Part shown: positions 9,448-18,541 of the stretch, one piece after another
How the letters are laid out: every line of letters starts with the position of its first letter
Numbering within the stretch: the stretch's first letter is position 1
Source: an uncultured Bacteroidota bacterium
Lineage (GTDB): Bacteria > Bacteroidota > Ignavibacteria > Kryptoniales > JAKASW01
DNA: 64,000 nucleotides
Direction: 5' to 3'
Assembly: GCA_963790995.1 (NCBI GenBank)
Contig: CAWBQQ010000001.1
Coordinates: 2,007,268-2,071,267, forward strand
Translations under genes and position numbers: made by a program
Notes under the pieces: model-generated
Databases searched by the model: none
Seen by the model: only the letters and a program-made list of their open reading frames with translations
What the model was told of the DNA's origin: nothing

Positions 9448-10867
9448 GAGCGTCAGGAAAATTCATATGGTTGGAATCGGCGGCATCGGGATGAGCGGCA
9501 TAGCCGAGATTTTACTTGACCAGGGTTTCGAGGTGAGTGGCTCCGACAGGCAGCCCAGCGAAATAACCGACCGGCTCGAGAAGTTGGGTGCGAAAATTTT
9601 CAAAGGTCATGCCGCGGAAAACTTAGATGAAGCGGATGTCGTCGTCTATTCATCCGCAGTCCATCTCGACAATCCTGAGCTGACAGCTGCGGCGGAAAAG
9701 AAGATTCCGGTGATTCGTAGAGCCGAAATGTTAGCGGAGCTCATGCGGATGAAATACGGGATAGCAATTGCAGGTACACACGGCAAGACTACGACAACGA
9801 GCATCACGAGCTTAGTATTGATGGAAGGCGGATTGGATCCGACCGTGGTCGTCGGCGGAAAGCTTTCCAGTTTCGGCGGAACGAACGCGCGGCTCGGCCA
9901 TGGAGAATACATCGTGGTTGAAGCAGACGAATTCGACAGATCTTTTCTGCAACTGGCTCCGGTCATCGCTGCGATTACAACTTTGGAGCGCGAGCATCTC
10001 GATATTTATAGCGACCTCGAAGACATAAAACGCGCATTCGTTGAGTTTGCAAACAAAGTTCCGTTCTATGGTTTCGTGATCCTTTGTCTTGACGAGCCGT
10101 CCATTCAGGAGATTCTGCCGCTTATCAGGAAAAAAGTTGTTACTTACGGTCTTAATGTCCAGTCCGACTTGCGAGCGGTGAAAATTTCGTTCGATGCGAA
10201 TCGCAGTAAATTCAATCTTCTGCAGCGCGGCAATGATCTCGGCGAAATCAATCTTAATGTCCCCGGACTTCACAACGTGAAGAACTCGATCGCAGCAATC
10301 GGAATCGGTCTGGAATTGGGAATTGAATTCCCGAAGATCAGAAAGGCGGTCGAATCTTTTACAGGAGTTTACCGGCGTCTTGAAATCAAGGCGAACATTG
10401 ACGGAGTGATGATCGTTGACGATTACGCTCACCATCCGACGGAGGTCCAGGCGACGTTGTCGGCGTTGAAATCCGGCTGGCCTCAGAGACGGGTCGTCGC
10501 AGTTTTTCAGCCGCACCTTTTTTCCCGCACACGGGATTTTCACGACGAATTCGGAAGGAGCTTTCTAAACGCGGATGTGCTTGTCGTCACGGAAGTTTAT
10601 CCCGCGCGCGAGGAACCGATCGAAGGAATCACGGGTGCGCTTATTGTGAATGATGCGCGCGCCTTCGGGCATAAAGAAGCGCATTATATTCAGGACAAAA
10701 AACAGCTTTCTGAATTCTTGATGAAGATAAAGATGCCGGGCGACATAATCGTTACTCTCGGTGCCGGTGATATTTCAAAATATGGCGAGGAGTTCATCGG
10801 CAGGATGAAAACATCTTCGCGAGCGGGTTCTTCTGTTAAAGAAAAGATCGGAACAAAAAGGAAGTAG
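9440..10867 (+). CDS. murC: UDP-MurNAc--L-Ala ligase MurC
   Basis: GIGGIGMSG, AGTHGKTTTT, EADEFD, DDYAHHPTE, FQPHLFSRT. Confidence 0.99.
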   Translation: MFESVRKIHMVGIGGIGMSGIAEILLDQGFEVSGSDRQPSEITDRLEKLGAKIFKGHAAENLDEADVVVYSSAVHLDNPELTAAAEKKIPVIRRAEMLAELMRMKYGIAIAGTHGKTTTTSITSLVLMEGGLDPTVVVGGKLSSFGGTNARLGHGEYIVVEADEFDRSFLQLAPVIAAITTLEREHLDIYSDLEDIKRAFVEFANKVPFYGFVILCLDEPSIQEILPLIRKKVVTYGLNVQSDLRAVKISFDANRSKFNLLQRGNDLGEINLNVPGLHNVKNSIAAIGIGLELGIEFPKIRKAVESFTGVYRRLEIKANIDGVMIVDDYAHHPTEVQATLSALKSGWPQRRVVAVFQPHLFSRTRDFHDEFGRSFLNADVLVVTEVYPAREEPIEGITGALIVNDARAFGHKEAHYIQDKKQLSEFLMKIKMPGDIIVTLGAGDISKYGEEFIGRMKTSSRAGSSVKEKIGTKRK

Positions 10868-11875
10868 ATGCTTTCCATCGAGCAATTGAAAAAATATTTC
10901 AGAGGATACATCGGAATTGGCGAGCTTTTATCAAAGCTGACGACATTCAAGATCGGCGGACCGGCAGATTTCTATTTTGAACCCGCCGACGCCGGCGATC
11001 TGGCGGTTTTAGTGAACCTCCTGGAAGAAAATGAATTCCCATTCGTGATGATTGGAAACGGCAGCAATATACTGGTTAGCGATTTCGGCTATCGTGGAGC
11101 GGCGATAAACCTTGAGCGCGGACTGAGCGATTTCGAATTTGACGGTGAATTAGTACGGGCAGGTGCCGGAGCAAAGTTAGCGAAGTTTGTGGATCTTTGC
11201 ATCGAGAACGGGTTGCACGGAGTCGAAATGCTTGCGGGAATCCCGGGAACTCTCGGCGGAGCAATTGTTATGAATGCCGGGGCCTACGGGGGTGCGATCT
11301 CCGATTATCTTGTGGAAGCGGAAGTAATTCGCAAGGGCGAGCTGAAAAAAGTGCCGCGTGAAGCTGCTGTTTTCGGTTACCGTTACAGTTCTTTTCAAGA
11401 TGACATTATGGTCACTGCAAAGTTTAAATTTCCTAACGGTGACAAATCCGAAATGAGACGGGTTCGTCGTGAGCTTATGCTTCGCCGCAATGAAGCGCAG
11501 CCGGTAGAATTGCCAAATGCAGGTTCGATTTTCAAAAATCCAGTAATGAATTCTGCCGGGAGGCTGATCGAAAATTGCGGACTGAAAGGCTTTAGAATCG
11601 GAAATGCTGAGATATCACAAAAGCACGCGAACTTCATCGTGAACCTCGGCGGGGCAAGCGCGGTCGATGTGCTTCGACTGATTCGCAAAGCACAAGAAGT
11701 GGTGCTGGCAAATTTTGATGTCATCCTTGAGTTGGAAGTAAGATTAATTGGAGTTTTTTCAGAGGACAATTTAGCTGATCCATACGAAAGCGGCGCAAAC
11801 TTCCGCGGAAGCGGGCAATCGCCGCGACTTGTGAAAGTTCATTCGGCAGAAAAATTGACGGGCGGAGAAGGATGA
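10868..11875 (+). CDS. murB: UDP-N-acetylenolpyruvoylglucosamine reductase MurB
   Basis: TTFKIGG, GNGSN, GIPGTLGGAIVMNAGAYG, GSIFKNP, HANFIVN. Confidence 0.98.
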   Translation: MLSIEQLKKYFRGYIGIGELLSKLTTFKIGGPADFYFEPADAGDLAVLVNLLEENEFPFVMIGNGSNILVSDFGYRGAAINLERGLSDFEFDGELVRAGAGAKLAKFVDLCIENGLHGVEMLAGIPGTLGGAIVMNAGAYGGAISDYLVEAEVIRKGELKKVPREAAVFGYRYSSFQDDIMVTAKFKFPNGDKSEMRRVRRELMLRRNEAQPVELPNAGSIFKNPVMNSAGRLIENCGLKGFRIGNAEISQKHANFIVNLGGASAVDVLRLIRKAQEVVLANFDVILELEVRLIGVFSEDNLADPYESGANFRGSGQSPRLVKVHSAEKLTGGEG

Positions 11876-12696
11876 ACAAAATCGAGAAAACACATTTGAA
11901 TTTTATTTTGACAGCCTGCCTATTGGCTGCGCTTTACCTCACATCGCAGAATTGGAAAAAGCAGCTGGTGCTCCATGATGTGAAAGTCTATGACGCGAGC
12001 CTCTTGAGCGATGAAGAAGTGAAAACGCTCGCTGGCGTGCAGGACGGGAGTGCCCTCTACGGATTGAGTCTGGCGCAAATCTCTCATCGCGTCGAGAGCA
12101 GTCCGTTTGTAAAACAAGCTGTTGTGGTACGGGCGCTTCCATACGATTTGACGATCACGGTTCACGAACGCAATCCGATAGCGCTTCTGGCAATGATGCC
12201 GCCTGCGGAAATGCTGTCGGTTGATAATAACGGGGTTGTGCTCCCGCTGCCTTTCGGGCGAAAAAACAACTTGCCGGTGATTACGGGTGTCACAGAAGAA
12301 TTGAAGGTGGGTGACACAGTGAAAGGAAATTTGATTCAAGCGGTAAAATTTATGTGTGACGCCGACAGAATCAGCGCGGCGCTCGGAGCGGATATTGCCG
12401 GGGTAAAGTTAGTCGGGGATAATTTGATTGCTTATACGACTGCCTCATCATTGCCGGTGATAATAGGCAAGGGCGATTTGGATAGGAAGCTTATTTACTT
12501 GCAAAGCTTCTTCAAGGAAGATCCAGACAATAGTGATCCCGGTTACAATTATATCGACCTAAGATTCGACGGCCAGATTGTGATTGGAACGCACCTTGTT
12601 GCAAATTCTGCCGACAGTCATGCACCGTCGGGCAGCGCGGGGTTGTCTCCGGCAGAAACACATCAGTCCATGGATCATATTGGAAAAGTAAAGTAA
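11872..12696 (+). CDS. ftsQ: Cell division protein FtsQ/DivIB
   Basis: N-terminal TM, POTRA-like segment (V..A.V.R.LP..L.I.V.ER.P), C-terminal YIDLRF; between murB and ftsA. Confidence 0.9.
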   Translation: MNKIEKTHLNFILTACLLAALYLTSQNWKKQLVLHDVKVYDASLLSDEEVKTLAGVQDGSALYGLSLAQISHRVESSPFVKQAVVVRALPYDLTITVHERNPIALLAMMPPAEMLSVDNNGVVLPLPFGRKNNLPVITGVTEELKVGDTVKGNLIQAVKFMCDADRISAALGADIAGVKLVGDNLIAYTTASSLPVIIGKGDLDRKLIYLQSFFKEDPDNSDPGYNYIDLRFDGQIVIGTHLVANSADSHAPSGSAGLSPAETHQSMDHIGKVK

Positions 12697-12705
12697 GGTA
12701 TTGAC

Positions 12706-14010
12706 ATGAGCAATAATATGATAGTAGCACTTGATATTGGTACGACGAAAGTGTGTGCACTGGTTGTCGAGACCGATCAGAACGGTAAGATGAACGTCCT
12801 CGGCGTGGGCACGAGCAAATCCGGCGGCATGAGCCGGGGAGTCGTTGCCAATATCGACCGGACGGTCAAGTCGATCCAGGAAGCCGTTCAAATTGCGGAG
12901 TCGAAGCCCGGCATGAAAATAAAAAGCGCAATTGTCGGCATCGCCGGAGAGCATATTGACAGCTTCAAAACGAATAGTATCGTAACGATTAGCAATCCCG
13001 ACCATGAAATTACCGAAGGCGACATTGATCGGCTGATCGAAGACTCTCGCCGAATTCATCTTTCGCGCGACCGGGAGATCATTCATATAATTCCGCAGGA
13101 GTTTATAATCGACGGTCAAACTGTGACGCACGATCCGATCGGAATGGCGGGGGTTCGCGTCGAAGGATCCATGCACGTCGTGACAGGCTTGGTAACCGCA
13201 GCGCAAAATATTCACAAATGCGTCGAAAGAGCCGGTCTTCAAGTCGAAGAACTTGTTCTTCAGCCGCTCGCTTCGAGTTATTCCGTGCTGACCGAAGACG
13301 AGAAAGAAGTCGGAGTCGCACTCCTCGATATCGGGGGTGGCACGACCGATCTTGCTGTTTTCGAAGATCGAACGATTCGCCACACTTCTGTCATCCCAAT
13401 TGCCGGAGATCATATAACGACGGATATTCGAAAAGGATTGGGAATACTTCCTGAGCAAGCGGAGGAACTGAAGGTCAATCACGGGTATGCCATGGTTTCC
13501 GAAGTCATTGAGGACGAGCCTATCTTGATCCCCGGCATCGGCGGGCGCAAGCCGATCGAGATAAACAAAAAGCTCCTTGCACAAATAATTCAACCCCGCG
13601 TTGAAGAGCTTCTCGACATCGTGGCAATGGAAATAAAACGTTCCGGCTACTCGCGCCATTTATCTGCGGGAATTGTTCTGACCGGCGGCGGCGCCCTTCT
13701 TAAAGGAATGCCTGAGCTTGTCGAATATGTCCTCGGAGTTCCGGCAAAGATAGGAATACCGCAGGCCTTCGACGGCGGATTTGCACGCGAAGTGGAGAAC
13801 CCGATTTATGCTACCGCTGTCGGATTGATTCAGTATGGTCTAAAGCGCGGGGCCGGGAAATCCACTATACAATTTTCGGAGGCCGAGGCAGAAGAGCGAG
13901 AAACGAGTCCAGGTAATGGAAAAATTGCCAATACGAACGGTAGAAGTTTTTTTGGAAAAGGAGTTCAGCTTCTTAAAAAGTTTATTAACAAAAACATCGA
14001 CAATGTCTAA
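12706..14010 (+). CDS. ftsA: Cell division protein FtsA
   Basis: LDIGTTKV, LDIGGGTTD, VLTGGGA actin-fold motifs; C-terminal amphipathic helix. Confidence 0.99.
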   Translation: MSNNMIVALDIGTTKVCALVVETDQNGKMNVLGVGTSKSGGMSRGVVANIDRTVKSIQEAVQIAESKPGMKIKSAIVGIAGEHIDSFKTNSIVTISNPDHEITEGDIDRLIEDSRRIHLSRDREIIHIIPQEFIIDGQTVTHDPIGMAGVRVEGSMHVVTGLVTAAQNIHKCVERAGLQVEELVLQPLASSYSVLTEDEKEVGVALLDIGGGTTDLAVFEDRTIRHTSVIPIAGDHITTDIRKGLGILPEQAEELKVNHGYAMVSEVIEDEPILIPGIGGRKPIEINKKLLAQIIQPRVEELLDIVAMEIKRSGYSRHLSAGIVLTGGGALLKGMPELVEYVLGVPAKIGIPQAFDGGFAREVENPIYATAVGLIQYGLKRGAGKSTIQFSEAEAEERETSPGNGKIANTNGRSFFGKGVQLLKKFINKNIDNV

Positions 14011-14024
14011 AAAGGAGGCATGAC

Positions 14025-15260
14025 GTGTTCGAATTAGACACAGATAAATTAGGCCCACGTATCAGAGTAGTGGGCATCGGCGGATGCGGCGGAAACGCCG
14101 TCAACAGCATTGCAAAACGAGGCATTCATGGTGTTGATCTCATTGCGGTGAATACCGATTTGCAGGATCTCGAGCGGAGCGTTTCGCCGAATAAAATTCA
14201 GATTGGCAAAACCACCACGCGCGGCCTTGGAGCCGGCTCAAATCCGGAGACCGGTAGGCGAGCGGCTATGGAAGCGCGCGATGATATATATCGCGCGCTC
14301 AAAGACAGCGACATGGTTTTTCTTACTGCAGGAATGGGCGGTGGAACCGGAACAGGGGCCGCGCCCATCATTGCGAGCATCTTGAAAGGCGTTGACCGCG
14401 ACGACATCAAGAAAGAGAATCAGGACGAACGCGTACCTCTTATAGTGGCCGTTGTGACGAAGCCGTTCGCCAACGAAGCGAAGGAACGAATGAGAAATGC
14501 AGACATCGGCGTCGAGGAATTGAAAAAATATGTCGATGCACTTATAGTAATTCCGAATGAAAAGCTCCTAACAATTTCCGACAAATCGGCCGGCTTTTTG
14601 GTGTCGCTCCAAAAAATCTACGACGTGTTGTACGACGCAATCCGCGGGATTTCCGAGATCATCACGAAACCGGGATTCGTGAACGTCAACTTTGCCGATG
14701 TGAGAACTGTTCTTGCTTCACGCGGCGACGCCATCATCGGTACAGGAATCGCGAGCGGCGAGCGACGTGCTGCAGAAGCTGCCTCGGCGGCCATTTGCAA
14801 CCCGCTCCTTGAAGAAGTCTCGCTCGAAAGAGTCGAAGGTATTCTCGTCAGCATTACTGCCGGCAACAATTTCGCACTTCATGAATTCGACGAGATAGTT
14901 AAGACTGTTCGCAGCGTCGCGAAAAACGGAGACGACGAGTGTAAAATTATCGTCGGAGTTTCTGTTGATGAAAAAATTGAGAAGGAGGTGATCGTCACGG
15001 TAATTGCTGCGGGCCTTAACCACAATGCTCATCCTCTTCCGACTTCCACTCCCGATCCGCGAAAAAGATTGACCATGAAAGAGAAGGACAATGTGAAGGA
15101 TCAATCATGGACAATCAAGGACTGGCGCTCCTTCGATGAGCCGACGTTCGAGAGGAACGGCATCAACATTCACCTGAATAAGTTGGACGAAGGAGATGGC
15201 ACGGAACAGAACGCAAAACCGGGAGAGAGACCTGCGTTTTTGAGAAAAGTCATGGATTGA
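14025..15260 (+). CDS. ftsZ: Cell division protein FtsZ (divergent)
   Basis: AGGAGG RBS and GTG start; GGCGGNAV, GLGAG, GMGGGTGTG tubulin signature, C-terminal PAFLRKVMD; several conserved residues substituted (see findings). Confidence 0.96.
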   Translation: MFELDTDKLGPRIRVVGIGGCGGNAVNSIAKRGIHGVDLIAVNTDLQDLERSVSPNKIQIGKTTTRGLGAGSNPETGRRAAMEARDDIYRALKDSDMVFLTAGMGGGTGTGAAPIIASILKGVDRDDIKKENQDERVPLIVAVVTKPFANEAKERMRNADIGVEELKKYVDALIVIPNEKLLTISDKSAGFLVSLQKIYDVLYDAIRGISEIITKPGFVNVNFADVRTVLASRGDAIIGTGIASGERRAAEAASAAICNPLLEEVSLERVEGILVSITAGNNFALHEFDEIVKTVRSVAKNGDDECKIIVGVSVDEKIEKEVIVTVIAAGLNHNAHPLPTSTPDPRKRLTMKEKDNVKDQSWTIKDWRSFDEPTFERNGINIHLNKLDEGDGTEQNAKPGERPAFLRKVMD

Positions 15261-15326
15261 AAGCAGGATTGGAATAGTGGGATGGAAGTTTTAAACTCTG
15301 TTATCGAAATAAGGAAACTTTTTGCT

Positions 15327-16016
15327 ATGGAAAAGCGCGAATTAAACATAATGATAATAGAGGATGACCCGGACATTCCGAAGCTGGCCCGTCTTTATTT
15401 GAAGCCTTATAAAGATGCGGAATTCAACCTCGTATGGGCTGAATCAGGCGAAGATGCAATGAAGTTTCTTTCGGACAGTCAGAACCTCGACATAATTCTC
15501 GTTGATTACCAGCTTCCTGGAATTAACGGGCTCGAAGCTACCCGGCAAATCCGTGAAAAAGGGATCAGAGTCCCGATTGTCTTTCTTACCAATACGATCG
15601 ATTTCAAACTTGCCGTTGAAGCGATGAAACTTGATGTCGAAGATTACCTTCTGAAGGAAGAAGCAATCACTTCGATACTTCCGAGTATAATTTTGAATGT
15701 CGTTGAACGCGTAAGACTCAGAGAGAAGCTGGCGGAAGCTGAAATGAACAAGGTGGCACAGCGCGAGAGAGTAGACGGAATAAAAAACCTCATCGTCACT
15801 ATTTCACATGAGCTTAACAATCCGCTTGCGGCGTTAAAGCTTGCCATTAACGTTCTTCAACGAAAACAGATACCTCAGGATGCCGTGAGCTATCTTGCGA
15901 TTATGAAGGAAAACACGGATCGTATAGAGGGAGTCGTTGCAAAGCTCAGAGATCTGAAAAGCGAGAAGGTCACCGCATATATCGGCAATATAAAAATGAT
16001 AGATCTTTCCGAATGA
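15327..16016 (+). CDS. Response regulator receiver fused to a HisKA (H-box) domain, with no ATPase domain
   Basis: IIEDD, LVDYQLPGING, DYLLK receiver motifs; ISHELNNPL H-box; start could be 15282 instead. Confidence 0.88.
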   Translation: MEKRELNIMIIEDDPDIPKLARLYLKPYKDAEFNLVWAESGEDAMKFLSDSQNLDIILVDYQLPGINGLEATRQIREKGIRVPIVFLTNTIDFKLAVEAMKLDVEDYLLKEEAITSILPSIILNVVERVRLREKLAEAEMNKVAQRERVDGIKNLIVTISHELNNPLAALKLAINVLQRKQIPQDAVSYLAIMKENTDRIEGVVAKLRDLKSEKVTAYIGNIKMIDLSE

Positions 16017-16053
16017 GTTAAGCCTTTAGATAGCAGCTAAAGGCCAATTTACC

Positions 16054-17400
16054 ATGGAACACGCACTTGTTGTCGATGACGAAAAAAATGTAACTGACCT
16101 TCTCAAGCTCCAGCTCGAGGAAGTCGGTTTTGCCGTTGACACGGCCAATGATGGTGCGGTAGGCATAAATAGAATTCAGTCGAAACACTACGATGTGATC
16201 TTGCTCGACCTGAAGATGCCGAGAATAAACGGGATAGAAGTTTTAAAGTTTGCGAAAGAAAACCAGCCTGATTCACAGGTCCTGGTATTGACGGGATATG
16301 GCGACATAAAGACGGCCGTCGATACGATCAAGATGGGGGCATTCGATTTCATTCCCAAGCCATACAATTTCGATGAGTTGTTAGTCTCGATAAATAACGC
16401 GCTCCAAATGGGCCGGCTGATCGTTGACAACAAAGTGATGAAAATGCAGCTCGGCGATGGGAAGTACGAGATCGTGGGACAAAGTCCGGCGCTGCAGAAA
16501 GTTATAGAGCTCGCTTTGAAGGTCGCGGCGAGCGACGCATCGGTTTTGATCACCGGGCCGAGCGGCTCCGGGAAGGAGCTGATCGCCCATCTTATTCACG
16601 AGCACAGCGAGCGCGTGAAGAAGCCGTTTGTCGCCGTCAATTGCGCATCGATACCCGACACGCTGATAGAGAGCGAGCTTTTCGGCCATGAGAAAGGAGC
16701 GTTCACGGATGCGCATACTCTCAAGCAAGGGCTTTCGGAAATGGCAGATGGCGGCACACTTTTCTTAGACGAAGTCGGCGACATAACTTACCTTGTCCAG
16801 CCGAAGCTGCTTCGCTTTATCGAGACCGGAACGTTCAGACGTGTCGGAGGAACAGTCGAGATGAGTGTAAATGCACGGATAGTTTCTGCTACGAATAAGG
16901 ACATCGAACACGAGGTCGAAGAAGGGAAATTCCGGGAAGACCTGCTTTACAGATTGAACGTGGTACGTATCGAGATTCCTTCGCTCAGTCAACGAAAGGA
17001 AGATATCCCGCTTTTGGTCGATCACTTCCTTCAGAAAAAACACAGCTCGCGGCGCATAAAGAGGATTTCGCCGGAAACTCTGAAGCTCCTGATGGAATAT
17101 GGCTGGCCAGGAAACATACGCGAGCTTGAGAATGTGATAGAGCGCGCGGCTATCTTGGCTGTTGGTGACGAGATCACGCCGGCGTTTATTGCGCTAACTT
17201 CAAAATCGAGGTCGCCCGACCTGCGGAAGATTCCTACGAGACTGTCATTAGCGGAGCTTGAAAAAATTCATATCGAGAATGTTCTTAAGGCGAATGAATT
17301 CAACCGAACAAAGTCTGCAAAGTCATTGGGCATAAGTTTGAAGACGCTTTACCTGAAGATAAAAAGCTACGAGATAGATACGCCGACCCCCAAATCATAG
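16054..17400 (+). CDS. NtrC-family sigma-54-dependent response regulator
   Basis: Receiver (VVDDE, DLKMP), AAA+ (GPSGSGKE, GAFTDA, LFLDEV, WPGNIRELEN), Fis-type HTH. Confidence 0.97.
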   Translation: MEHALVVDDEKNVTDLLKLQLEEVGFAVDTANDGAVGINRIQSKHYDVILLDLKMPRINGIEVLKFAKENQPDSQVLVLTGYGDIKTAVDTIKMGAFDFIPKPYNFDELLVSINNALQMGRLIVDNKVMKMQLGDGKYEIVGQSPALQKVIELALKVAASDASVLITGPSGSGKELIAHLIHEHSERVKKPFVAVNCASIPDTLIESELFGHEKGAFTDAHTLKQGLSEMADGGTLFLDEVGDITYLVQPKLLRFIETGTFRRVGGTVEMSVNARIVSATNKDIEHEVEEGKFREDLLYRLNVVRIEIPSLSQRKEDIPLLVDHFLQKKHSSRRIKRISPETLKLLMEYGWPGNIRELENVIERAAILAVGDEITPAFIALTSKSRSPDLRKIPTRLSLAELEKIHIENVLKANEFNRTKSAKSLGISLKTLYLKIKSYEIDTPTPKS

Positions 17401-17597
17401 CTCCACAGATTCACAAAGCAAGACGTTGTAATGGTTCCCCTACATTTTCCAGCATCGAGTTTAAGAATGCAAAATGTGAATCCCTGTTTCAGTTGAGGGG
17501 TGGAATGAATGACGCGAAGTTTTGAGCCACGATATCCCGCGCTGGAAGCACGTAGTTAGAAAGAACGGAGGCAGCTGGAGCTCGACGGCAAAACTGG

Positions 17598-18494
17598 TTA
17601 TCCTTTCGGCGTAAGTATCCACGATTTCGCTGAAGACAGGATGCTGATAAAGTTCTCTCTGATGTCGTCAGGAATGAGCGAAGCTGTAGAGACAGCATAA
17701 TCGCCGGAGTACATCGGATATTCTTCTATCTCGAATCCTGCCTCTTCATAGAATTTCATGGCTTCGGATTTCGAGCTAAAGTCGTTGTCGGTAATGTTTC
17801 TTTCGGTCTGGCTGGTAATATTTCTCAAGGCAGACTGGAGGATATTTTTTGCCTCGGGACCTAACGTTGCGGCGATTTTTCCCCTGATCTCTTTGAAGGC
17901 TACATCAGTCGTTATCCAGCAGCTGCGGTTGCTGGAAAGCAGGGCGTGGATGTTTTCTGCCATCGTGGCCTTTTCCCGCATGTTCAGATAAGGAAGAAGC
18001 CCTTCGTTACAAACGGCGAATCGCTGGCCGTTAAAATGTGCAGCGGCATCTTCCATCTCATCCTTACTCAGCACGTTAGCGGGCTGCAAATGAAGGTTTG
18101 CCGGCGAAATATTCATTCTTGAAGCTATCTCCATTGTGATGGGAGAACTTTCGGCATACATGTCCGGCAGGTCGGTTCCCACGTAGACTCCACCTCTTGA
18201 TGCTATCTCGAGCCCGCGCGGTGAAAGTCCACAAGCGAGCTCCATAACGTTGTCGATTCCTGCCTTCTTTAGGCCGTGGTTGATCGATTTGTATCTCACT
18301 TCGAAAATAACGGGAGAGCGTTTTCCGACAGCCAACAATGCGTCTCCGAGCAGCTGTCGTGCGGTTTGTTCGGCTCCCACCGCTTCCGCGATTTCCTTCG
18401 AAAAAGGAATGTCCGAAAGCGATCTCCAGTATGCAGGTATCTTTGCAGTTGGGCTGATTTTGCGGTAATCGTTTCTGATATCCCCTGTGATCAT
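17598..18494 (-). CDS. Putative class I SAM-dependent methyltransferase (leucine carboxyl methyltransferase-like)
   Basis: ELACGLSPRG SAM-binding motif, TDLP, NEGLLPYL. Confidence 0.75.
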   Translation of the reverse strand: MITGDIRNDYRKISPTAKIPAYWRSLSDIPFSKEIAEAVGAEQTARQLLGDALLAVGKRSPVIFEVRYKSINHGLKKAGIDNVMELACGLSPRGLEIASRGGVYVGTDLPDMYAESSPITMEIASRMNISPANLHLQPANVLSKDEMEDAAAHFNGQRFAVCNEGLLPYLNMREKATMAENIHALLSSNRSCWITTDVAFKEIRGKIAATLGPEAKNILQSALRNITSQTERNITDNDFSSKSEAMKFYEEAGFEIEEYPMYSGDYAVSTASLIPDDIRENFISILSSAKSWILTPKG

Positions 18495-18541
18495 AATGAT
18501 ATCTCGACTTAACTCTGTCGTTCTTCCTTAACCGACTTCTT

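Noticed and set aside
12559-13659. 366-aa minus-strand ORF and similar long antisense ORFs (9812-10543, 2759-3406, 55827-56723, 54566-55240)
   Set aside because: They shadow well-conserved genes on the opposite strand and have no recognisable motifs
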